NCBI GenBank assembly: GCA_012295275.1
Contig: CM022670.1
Location: 26,970,001-27,034,000, forward strand
DNA length: 64,000 nt
Direction: 5' to 3'
Origin: Chrysomallon squamiferum
Taxonomy: Eukaryota; Animalia; Mollusca
Below the pieces are notes generated by a model. It searched no databases and was not told where the DNA came from. It saw only the letters and a list, made by a program, of their open reading frames with translations. Within the stretch, counting starts at the first letter, position 1, and each line of letters opens with the position of its first letter. Shown here piece after piece: positions 1-12,974 of this stretch. A program made the translations under genes and the position numbers.

Positions 1-15
1 TAATATATTTAACAG

Positions 16-3000
16 GATTCAAGAAAGTGAAATGCAGTCTCTTAAAGAACAAGTGACAATGTACCAGGAAATGTTGGGTGCCAAAGATGAGGTCATCATG
101 CAGCTAACAAACCAAATATTTGAACATGATAAAGCAGAGAGTTCAAACAAGGGAAGTAATCCCAATTTAGTGGACATTGAATTTCAGAGAGCACCCATCA
201 TTGTAACCAATACCAAAGAAACTGAAGCTCTTAAGGTATTCTTCTTTTGCGATATGTATAAAGTTTTCTGTTGCACAAAAACAAAATCAAAAAGAAGAAA
301 AGAAAAAAAAGAAACCCCCAAAAACAACCCCAGTTTAACAAGAACTGCAGTTTTTATTTTAATCATACAAAAAGTATTATTTGAAAAAAAAAATGATATA
401 GATTAATTTCTGTAACATAATCTTTAAATCTTTATCATATTTGGAAAAAACAGAAAAAATCTTGTCAATGAGATTTGAATAGGAAAGCTATTTAATTATT
501 TTCATTTCTAATTCCTTTTTCTTATTTTACAGGATGCCTGCCAGGCTTATGAGCTGCAGAATAAATTTTTAACCAAAGAAATTTTGGAACTGAACCAGCT
601 AAGACAGCATGATGAAGCTCGTGAGAAAATACTGCTGATGTAAGGATTACTCATTTTTAAATAAACTTGTTTTGGTGTTCTAAGAAACTGAACATCTTTA
701 TGTTTCCTAAATAGAGAATGCTTTGTACAGTTTATTAAGTGTTATGTACCTGTTCAGACTAATAAATATGAATTTAAAATTGTATTGTACAATATTTGAA
801 AATTAACAGAGTTGTTTTTTTTTTTTTTTTTTTGGGGTTCACTTTTATTTTTGTTCTTTCATTGACTCACACACACACAAATATTTATTATTTATAACCT
901 AGGAAATTCAGATTTTTCATATATTTTAAAAATAATTTTTGTTTAGTTCTAGAAGAATATAACAAGATAATATATTTATTTTTGTAAATTTCCACACAGA
1001 AACTATGCACATCTTGAGGCAGAATTCTACAAGACACGCAGTCGGTATTTGTTCCTGCTGAAAGAAATTCAGATGCCTGTTAGAGGTAAGAATGTAGAGA
1101 CTTGTAACAAAACATCTCTGTTGGTGCACATTTCCACTGATCTGTTCAGCTCAGTTTTAAATTTCATTAGTTGTTATACAAAAGCCACTATCAAGGTGAT
1201 ATCCCACTCTGTCCCATATTTATTCATGTTGTTTAACCATTTCATCATATAGAGGCTGGTCTGGAAGCGAGTTGGCAGGTATTGTAATTGTCAGCAATAA
1301 TTTAAACAACAGTTATAATTTGCTTGTTATAAAGCTTTGTTTCTAAACAGCGTATTATGTTATATCATATGCATATTATTTATTGATAAATAATCTGTTC
1401 TGTTCAGTTAAACATTGAGTGAATATATGTAGATTAATGCTGCAAAAATAAATAAACAATTAGTCACACATATTTACCTGACACGCCTGAAGTGTTTTAA
1501 TTGATAAATGTTGGGAAATTATATTACTGTGATTTATAGTGCAAAACACATGTATTTAGAATTCTCTGATGATAGTTAAATTATTTGGGTATGGTTGCCA
1601 CAGTTCTGTTTACCTGTATTCACGTAAACTGTTTGTTGGTGCAGAACATTAATCTTGCACAATGAAATAAAGTAATAACTAAGGAATGTGACATTGTAAC
1701 TGAAAAAAAACAAAAAAACAAACAAACAGGCAGCATAGACTTATGGAGGAACAAAATAAATGTATTGATTAATTATTACTTCTAGTACTATTATGACCAC
1801 CACCATCATCACCATCACAGTCAGTGTAAACATGGCTTGTTGATCATCAGCGTTTTTATCATAAATTCACATACTAATGTTATTGCAGGATCAATTACTG
1901 CCCAACAGCTAGTTTATAAAAGGATATCTGTCTGTGCAAAATGTAACATATGGTTGACATCTACAAATATGTGAAAATACTGTTAAACTTTCAGTTTATT
2001 CATTCAGTTTAATGTGGGAAAAAAAGTATTTAAAAGCTGTCTTACTAAGAAAAGAATAGTGTAATTTATATTTTTATTTGTATAATGAAAAATGTGAAAG
2101 GTTTTAAGAATATTTAGTTAATAATAAGACCAAAGTTCACATGAAATTCAGAATAATGTGAAATGTATTTGTAACAAACTTGTTTGTGATTAATTAAATA
2201 AAACTTTTGTGTACATATGCATGACCATGGTTTGATAATTTAAATCTTGTTAAACTTTATCCCTTTGAATTATATACAGAAAGACAACTACATTATATCT
2301 ACCTAATGAAATTATCGACAGATCTGTTGTTAAATATGAAATGATTTTACAAACAAAACCTAATTTAACAAACTAACCAGGGGCACTAAGTTCATGCTGC
2401 ATATTTTATTATTTTTTTTTTTTAAATAACCATCATTATTCACAGCTGTTATTCATTATTAACCAGACCTAACAGCCTGCTTTTGAGATTTCCATTGCTT
2501 TTTAGGCTTCATTTTTGCAGCAGCTGCATTTCGATAGAATACATGCACTACTTTATAATTTATTTGTGTTAATCGAAGCAGATTTGTGTCAGCTGTAGGA
2601 ATGACTGTTTTTTGCTTGGACCTTTTTAAATTAAAGCCTAAATGTACAGCTGTTACTAAAGTGCAAAGGGCACAGGACCAAACCTTCCAGGGGTATACAT
2701 AGAATTACTTAACATTCCAGCCATTGCTCAACTGATATATGTGAAAAGACTTAGTATGTGCATCCTGTCTGGGAATGTGCATATACAATTGTCCGATCAA
2801 TAAGAATAGGAAATAAAATTGTATTGAGATGCTATTAAGTAAATAGTAATTTAGATCTGTATTAATACAAGTGTTGATGGTTATGAAGTGCTTCAGTGTT
2901 TTTTGAATACTACAATGATTATAAGAGAAAGGAAAACCACTGCTGCTGTTCTTAGGGATTAACAGCAACATTTTTTTTTAAATATTATTTATTCTGTAGA

Positions 3001-6000
3001 GTGTATATCATATCATAACTTAGATTGTGGCAATGATGTTATTGTGATCACATTTTGAAATGAGCATACACAGATTTGAATATTTTATTTTATCAGAGAT
3101 TCAAGTTTGCTAATCTGTGAGTTATAAAAGTGGCTGAGAGGTAAACAGTAACAAATATGCAGATCTAATTATACTTGTGTATTTTATAAAAAAAGTCAGA
3201 GATCATTCCAGAACCAACGAGTCACAATTTCAGTACTTTAACATTCCTTATTGCATATATGATTGATAAACTTCTCATAGGCTGTTTCTATTTCTGTTGT
3301 AATTAATATATTTATGTATAAAGACTGCCTAACAAATGTTCTGTTGTAGTAATTATGGGTCTGGTCAAGGTCATTCAGTGTAAATACCTGCAGTTTGCAT
3401 GAACAAGTGACCAAGTGACCTCAGTGCATGTTGAATTTCTCTGACTAGTCAGTAACAGCTTGCAGCACTTGATGTTTGTTGAATCATCGATAATGGTAAT
3501 AGGCTTTGAAAAACAGGTGTTACTTGTAACAGTGAAGAATAGGGGTGACTTAATTTTTCTCTCTTTTTTTTTATATTCCCCAAAACAATCTGAGACAATA
3601 TTGTTTTAATTTGCTATTATTTTGTAGCAATTGCAAGATTTATTTTATCATATTTGTTTTTATTTTATTTTTAACTATATATATAAATCACTTTTTTTTT
3701 GGTAAAATGAAACTGATCTTTAGAAGGTTCAAATTAATTTATGTACTGTTATATATTTTAATTTAACACGTTATACAGAAAACATTTCTGTGGGAAGTTT
3801 GATTGTTCTTTTTACTGTATTTATAAGACTAACATCCAGCCCTACATCCACAAATCAAAGGTTTCAGAACTCAGATAAGCACACACTTGATGTATAGGTT
3901 CAGTTCTTCTTTGTACACCTGCATGCTTGCTTGCTTTTACAGGCTATAGGCCATAGCTGTTGCAAAGGTGCATATAAAAGAAGTTACACTGCTTTTTGAA
4001 AAGAATAGCTTATGGAGTGGTAGGATGATATTATCAAATGATTTAGTCAAGTGGTTATTTATCCCAGAGTAAATGAAAAACAAAAAAGTTCTGTGATATA
4101 ATTATTGTATCAGAAACAAACCTCAAAACATTGACCATATAATAATCATTCATGTCATCTTCATGCAAAAACCATATGTCCCAAATGTCATTAAAAAAAA
4201 TATTGATTTAAAGAACCCAAATGAATACAGCTTCATATGAAATAATTGTACATAAAAAAAAAAAAATAAATAATAGTAGATTTATTAATAATTACCAGCT
4301 TATGTTAGGCTTACAACTGAAGGTTTCCCAGTGCAAAAATGTTCTATATATTTACCCATACATATCTTACATATTAAATCTTCTTGTTGACCAATGGAAT
4401 CAGATATGCTTGACTAATAAAATTAATGCTAGAACAAAAGGATTAAGTTTATATTTGATGTGATAGCAGGTTTGATGCCAGTTTAACAAATCTAAAGATT
4501 TTATGAAACAGAAAGTTATAATCAAGTATAACTCAGTGAACTGAGGTTTGAAATCCATGTCCATTCAGCTGTCTCTGACTGCAAGCAACACCTTGGAGAT
4601 CACTGCAGTTGAGTTTTTAATTTACAGTGGCAATTTCTTATATCTGGCTTAAATCATTTGTTTGAAAAATTATATTTTTACCTATGACAGGTGGCAGTGT
4701 TCTAATAGAAAATATATTACAGAAAATGAAAGGGCCAGCAGTTACACTTTTTTAATTCTCTTCACTTTGTTAAAGGTATTATAAATGCAGTAATATGCTT
4801 CAAAATAATTTGTTTTCATTTACCAATAAATATTTGTAATTCTGAATAACTGAACTCTTTTGCTGGTTACACACATTTAAATGAATGTTTATGTTGTCTG
4901 TTGAGCTTTTTGTACTATCTCTAATAATTCATGAAAAGCACAAATCTTTATTTATGTCTATGCATCTCTGTTTCAGTTTTCTCTCTCCCATCTTCCATTC
5001 CTTCTACAGCTCCCCCTCTCTCTGTCACATGCACATATGCAGAAATTTGTTATGTTTTATTGTATATTTTATCTTCAAAAGTTTGTCAAAATTGAAAAGG
5101 TTCTAGTAATAAAAGGAAAACGCAGTCACACCCCTGTTTATTGAATTATTGAGCTGCCTTTCATCTGTAATGAAGCAAGTGTCATTAAATTTACATTTTT
5201 ACAATAATTTGCTCAGTGAGCAAACTGCTTCATGAATGAGTGGACAGTATCAGGTTTGACTGCTGTAAACTAGTCCAACTGAAATGAAGTTATGTGTTAT
5301 CTGAAAGTCCTCACTGAGTTTTCACTAATTACCATTCTTATTTGTATGGAAGTATGAGTTTTAAGAGGATTATCAATGTGTGGACACGGTACTATGGTTC
5401 TGTATCACAAACATGTTTAGGTTCAGTTGGCACATGTTCACTGAAAGAGTTGTCCAGTTTTCACTTTTATTAGCTGTTCCTTGGATTTGCTGACATTGAA
5501 TTTACAGCTGTGGGGTTACAAACAGGTTCTTTTCTGATACACATTCTACATATATCTGGATTTTCTGATTGAATTGGACTATGTTTTAATTCTGATTTTA
5601 GTGTTGTTCAAATCACTGGATTTGTTCTTTTTACACTAAAATTTGTGATTTTGCTATTGTGAACTATATTAAGTGCTGGATAATAATTTGCATAGAACAG
5701 TTTTGTATGTTTGTGTTTTTTAAAGGGAAAGACATTTTATCGATATTTACTGTAAAAGAAAAATATTGTTCTGAAAATATTTGAATGTGAATAAATAACT
5801 AAATTTCTACACAGTTTATAGATAGTGATAGTACCACTAGTTTTATTTCACTTAAAAACAACAGTTCTTTTTCTGGTTTAAAAAAAACAATAATACAAAT
5901 AAATTGTTTGAGTGATGGCACTGGTTTTTTTTTTTTTTTTTTCACTAAAGAAGGGAAAAAAATTGTCCATAAATCATTTTATTTTATAAACAGTTACAAC

Positions 6001-9000
6001 TGCTTTATTGCAGTGTCTGTTATTATGCAAACTGTAAAAACAAATTCATTGATAAACTACAAATTTTAATACGCATGTTAAAATATATGTGTATATGTAT
6101 TGAACATAGACCAGTGTTAAAATAATTCAGTTCAGATTCAAATAATTTAATAACGGAGACAACAGTGGTAAATTCAAACTTTTAAAAAGTCTACTGTAAT
6201 ATATAATTTCATGTTACAGAAATTTAATTGTTCACAGCTGGCATAAATATTGAATAACAATTAACTATACTGTGGTTACTTTTGAGAATGTGGATTCATA
6301 CAAACTGTAGATTCATTCATTCACAAGCATATTCCAAGGACACACCAGTGTAACTATGGAGTAGTCATTTTTAATTTTTATGTACAGTTGAGGGTTTGGA
6401 CAATTCTCAGTTATTTTGGAGACCTGTTCTGTATTATTAAATTGTCAACTTTCAAAATGGTCTCTCGGCAACAGAGACCTGGGACGACATTTTCTCAGAA
6501 AATCATTTTACAGTTTTTGTGTTTTGACCTAAAAGGTGCTGGCACCTATGTGAATCCTGTGAGGCTTGCCAGGAGTCGCCGCAGGTGTTACTCTCTTTCA
6601 GCTTGTGACAAGTTAGAGAGGACAGAGAGTTACATAAGAAAATTGGGTAAGATGTCAGTTAAACACAGTTTACATTTGGTTCAGTAATTGCCAGAGGTGT
6701 ACATATATGTACTTAAGAATTACACTAACACAAAGAGGTGTGTGTGTGTGTGTGTAATGATAGAAAAAGTACACCTCTATTCTCAAGTGAAAATATTCCT
6801 TACCACTAAACAGTGGCATAGATCTACACAGACATGCATAATTATATTCATGTACATACACCCATACCCACATATCCACAATCCACACATATATTTACAC
6901 ATACTGGAACACTTACATAAACACAAATCTATAAAATAATGTAACATATAGTTTTTATTGGTCCATATAACTGTGTTCATAACAGCAGTGAAATGAAAAT
7001 ATTTTAGGTTTTCCTGTACTGATATTAACCTGTAATATATTGTGGGGACAAACATCAGAAGAAAAAAAATTGTTTCTAACCTTTCAAAAAGTGACAGACA
7101 ATTGTGTGAACAATTGAGGCTATTTGAAACATACATAAATTTACATAACATAAAAATTACTTAGAGAGGATAAAACCAGCTCTGACAGCTTCATTGCATT
7201 TAGGCTTTGATGGTTACTATATGTATTTTAAAAATAATAATAATAATAAGACAAGAATTAAAACATGTAACTGATATTACATATGGCACTTGTATTTATT
7301 AACAGCAAGAAATCTGTTATATGTATCATAGACAGAACATAGAAACAGTAGCCTTTAATAATCCAATCGTGGAGTACTGGTAGTAATGATATATTTAAAA
7401 GTGAATTTTTATACAAATAATGATACCTAGTCCTTTCCAATTAAATATTTAAAAACAACAACAAATACTGTTACCAGCCTCAGCTCTCACTAGCATGGTA
7501 AACACTTTCACATCATTATTTTGCTATATATGGCTGACGTGTGATTTCTGTTAATTTATTATTTTGCAGTCTTGCAAGTTTATTAAGATTAACTGAATTA
7601 ATTTTTTATGTTAGTGCTAAGTTAGCAGTGTTGAGATATTACAGCTGTCTTACTTCATTCTGATGTTGACGTGGTAAACACCATATCTAGATTAATAAAA
7701 GATAGTTAGTACATTACATTTAGTTATATAATCTAAGATTCTGTAAGGAATGAATTACATAATGTTAACTTACTCTTGTAATATCACGTGTCTAAAGTGC
7801 ATTTTATATCCCTTTCAACATAACAGCATGTAGTTGTAATAATTATTGAAATTTTTAACTGTGATGCAGTTTAATCGATAAATAAATAAAAGAAGTAAGC
7901 TAGGAACATTTCATGATCACAGTTGGAACAGTTTATGTATTCCTGTTATGATAATTAGAGAGTAAATATCTGGAGATGCAGTGACTAAAAATTCTTCATA
8001 TGTGGCATTTGATACAAGAATAATTGTGAAAATTTGCTATTTACTTTTAAAATTATAAAAAATGAATATGTAAAAAATAAATAAATAAATGTTTTTGTCT
8101 TAAAATATCAGTCTTTATTTACATTAAATTTTATTCAGTATTCATCAAAAAAAATATGCACAACAAAATTTCTTTTAAGATTTTGAAGGTTAGCTTAATA
8201 AAATAGTTAATGTACAATTCTTGTTTTATATATTAAGATCAGTTTTCTTTAAAAAATGTTTTTGACAGGTCCAAAGATAATTTTGTCCCATCAGTAACAA
8301 TATATTTAAATGTTATTGACTACTTCACAATATAAAAATTTTACCCTAAAAATACACTGAGTTATATGATATTAATTTATTTTATTAAAAATTATTATTT
8401 GCTGTTTTATTTTTTATTCATTTACATTTACCTTATAGTAATAATAAATTAATTAATATTCTTCCTTTGTATTTTGTATATAACTGTAGGGACAAGGTTC
8501 CCAATAAATTATTACTGTATTTAAAAAAAATATTACAGAATCTTAATCCTTTTGATTCTGACCATTTTAAATTAACATAAAAACCAGAAAATCAGTAAAA
8601 GAAATCAAGACTCTACTCAGTGCTGATATATATGGTCTCACTGACATCTAGTAACAGGGATCTTCTGTTGCTATGGGCAAGATTAGTTGGGTATAAATAA
8701 GTACCGAAAATGGAGTCCAAAAAGTTAAACTTGAGGAATCATGTTTGTCAATACTAATAGTGACAAGTATACTTTTAATTCTTTCTTTCTTTTTTTTTTT
8801 TTTCAATCCATTATCTTTTTGAAGATTCCTATAATTTTCTAGAAAGAATTTATATTAAGAACAGTTTGTGCCTGGGTGTGAGAGAAAAAAAGAGTGAGAA
8901 TTTATGTGTATGAGAAAAAGTGTTTGATTAATGAAAGTGCCCATTGCTTAGAATTTCAGTGTGTCATTGAGCTATTTTTTTTTCTAGGGGGAGAAGAAGA

Positions 9001-9857
9001 AAAGTCACAAGATGTCATTAGTCAGTTATTGGAGGAGGCCCTCGATTCAGAAACACAGACTGCTGCTGACAATAAATCTTTCATGCTTTCAACCAAGTGT
9101 GTATTTAACACTTTTATTAAATACTTCACCTCTTAGAAACAAATAATGAATTTTATATTTACTGCATGCCATATTCAGATATTGTAATGAGATTTTGAAT
9201 TTTGTTTGCATTAACATGAAATACATAATTTTTTAATGTTTTATTCTCACATTATTGATATAAATTTTATAATTTTATTTATTTAAATATTAGTTATTAC
9301 TGTTATTTGTTGTTTCTCTTATTTTGTCATAATTATCATCACTAGTGTGTATGTGTGTTTGTGCGTCATGTTTTACTCTCTCCTTTTGCCATTTCCATTT
9401 CTACTTCAATCTTTAATAGAGTCAGACATTTTTGAAACATTCTCTTGTAGAAGTGTGTTAAGAATTACTTACAGTCAGTGTTTTAATTGCAGTGGACATG
9501 AATATGACAGATATGGTTTCTGTAAAAGTGCAGAAGAAGAGGGTGATGTTCTGACAGCTCGAGCCCAACAGCTAGAGAAAGAATCAGCAGAAATCACAAG
9601 CAAACTGAAGGTATTATTTAAAAAAAATCTTTTTACTAATATCATGGTAGGTGTAAGTAAGGTTATAGTCAAGATAATCTAATCATTATTCGTGACTAGT
9701 TGTATTTGATTTTGAATTTTTTTGAATGATGGGGTTTCGCTGTTTTAATTTTAATGGTATACATCACTTTGTAATTTTTTATTATTTTATTTATATTTTG
9801 TTTTGTTTTGTTTTGTTTTGTTTTGTTTTGTTTTGTTTTGTTTTGTTTTATTTTATT

Positions 9858-9904
<47 letters not shown>

Positions 9905-10260
9905 TTCATTTATTTATTTATTTATTATTTATTTATTTATTTATATTATTTATTTATATTATTTATTTATTTGTTTGTTTATTTTTATTTTTATTTTTAT
10001 TTTTTTTATATTCATATGGTATTATTATTATTATTGTTATTGGTTTCAGCATTTTGTCTGAATTAAACAAGTTATATTTCATTTTTCCCAGGACTCAGAA
10101 GAAGCTGCCTCCCACCATGTGAAGTGGGAGAACTTTATGGTGGGTCAGGCTGGAAGGAAACCGACCAGGTCTCAGGAATTAAAATTACTTGTCCGTTCAG
10201 GTATACCACATGAACATCGTGAACAGATATGGAAAGGGTAATTAGCACTATTTTTCTTCA

Positions 10261-10291
<31 letters not shown>

Positions 10292-12921
10292 TTTATTATT
10301 TTTTATTATTATTATTTATTCTTTTTATTTTAATATATGCATTAGTTAAATTAGAATAACAGGCTGTCATATTAAAACTAAAATAATCTTAAAAACTGCC
10401 AATAAACTTTAATAAATTTATGTTTATCTGTTTGTATAAAAAACATTTTATTGTTGTTGTGACACAGTATAAAACATTTCGATAGCATAAATTATGTTCA
10501 GACAACAAAAATGAAATAAAACAGACAGGTTCTGTAAAGTACATTTTCTGATGTTTTTATTTTTTATTTATTAGAATTCAGAGTGGCATTTATATAATTA
10601 GTATTACTGTTGTGTTTTTTTTTTGTTGTTGTTTATTTTATTTTATTATTACTTATAAAATATATTTTTGGTTTTTATTTTTACTTATCTAATATTTAAT
10701 GCATATTCGTAGGCTATACTGTTTATTTATTTGTTTATCTGGATTCTAACTGCTAAAACTCATACAAATAAACATAAAACTGTAAAATAAAATCTGCCTA
10801 GAAATCAAGTTTATTATAACAGTGCCATTTTAAAAAAATAATAATTTACATTTATTCTTACCGTAACATTTTAAAATATTTTTGCATAATATGAATAATA
10901 CCATAGAATTCAAATAATCAAGTACAGTGACTATTTAAATTTTAACTAACTCATATTGATGCTTACCTTATGAACACAATTTAAATTATCAGTGGACATA
11001 GGTTGATTGAAATCCAGGCTGATTGCCTCTTATAACTGCTTTGGTATCAAGTTAGGTATCATGATTTAACAGCGGTACAGGAGAAGTAAACTTTATCTAG
11101 GCATTACACAAGAATGCTGGAAATATAATTTGATAAATCAGAGAGGTTTTTTTGTTTAGAATTTAAAGCTACTTGATAAATTAACTTTAACAGACAATAT
11201 ATTTTGTTCTCAAAAGACAGTTTTCGTATGAGCACTTCTTTCTCAGTTATCATATTCATAAGACAAAGTTTTAACACGAGTTTCCAGGAAAATTAATACC
11301 CAGTAAATATATATATACAAAAAGAAACAACATGATAATGTTTCTTGTGATTTTCATTTTGAATATTTTTGAATTCTTGTTAGATGTATCAACATGTATG
11401 TTGGAGAAGTACGAGACAAACTTGGTCCACATTACTACAAGTCTCTGGTTGAGAGAGCAAAACACAGCACTGGAAAATCAAACCCTGCAGCTAAACAGGT
11501 TAGCATTTTATTAAATATATTTTTAATTTAAAAAACAAAAAAAGAAAAGAAAACCTCTTATTTAAAATATCTTGTAATATTACTGGTTTGGTAACTTTTC
11601 TGAGATCATGTTCATATTTTCCATACTGATTGTTCAAGTGTGCAGAATAAACATAGTTGGACATACAGATGTAAATTAAGATAAGTGAATGGCTTGTATG
11701 TCAAATATCTTGATAAAGTTTATTTCTGCTTATGGAAGTAATTCTCTCATCATTACAAAATATATCATTATTTTACACTAGTAAACCAGTATATGAAAAT
11801 TGACTGAGGAATATTTAAACAAATATTCCTGTCAGTAGACATTTTGTTACCATTTGACTGTAATGATGGATGATTATATTGTTTGTTTAAAAGTATTTTA
11901 AGATGGGAGTGTGCTATGATATCAACAAGAGATTTTGTTTCTGCTGTTTGTGACTGTTTTAAAAAATGAAATTCTATCATTATTTTTAATCAAGATTGAG
12001 CTGGATCTCTTGCGGACGCTGCCAAACAATCGACACTTCGTTTCACTGGAAGCTGAGGGGGTGAAGAAGTTACGGCAGATTCTCTTAGCCTACAGCGTAC
12101 ACAATCCTGTCATTGGTTACTGTCAGGTAGACAAACTTTTGTTTTATTTTCTTTTTTTTTTTTTTTTTTTAATTATTGGACATAGGAAATGAAGTTGGGA
12201 TTACAGAATGGAGGTAGTAACAGACTGCTGATTAACAAATGTTATTTTAAGGGAAAAAGAAAATATATATATATTTTTATTTATTATTATTATTATTTTT
12301 TTTTTTTTTTTTTTGGCATATAAGCATTAATTGAATTACAAAAGCAGATCCTCATTTCATTAAATTATAAAATTTCCTTTAAATTTATTTGTAAAGATTC
12401 ATTAATTAAAAAGTTAATGGTTTTTCAGAATGCACAGTGGCTTTTTGTAATTATTATGATTATTATTATTATTATTTACATCCAGTGTTAAAGCAAATCA
12501 AACTTTTAAATTTGGTTATCATTTTAGTAAAAAGAAAGTTTTTCACTAAGATAATTAAAAATATATTCTGGTTTATAAAAATTCAGTTCAGAAAAAAACA
12601 TGTTTTATAGGGATTTTTACTAGGAATCCAAACGTTTCTAAATATTTTGTATATTTTACTCATTTATCAATAAGCAATGATCAGTTTGGTTTTATTTGTG
12701 ACAGCTGTACACTGAACATTGCGCTTGAGATAACATTAGAAAATCATTACCTCATTTAAAATATTCTTTGATGTCTGTAGCATCAGGCATCACAGAATTA
12801 TTCTTGCATTTCTGACTAAATTATTGTACTATAATTATACTGGAACATTTTTACCATGCATTAAAAATTATGTGTATTTTTTTTTTATTAATTTATTTCA
12901 TTTATTATTATTATTACTCTA

Positions 12922-12974
<53 letters not shown>

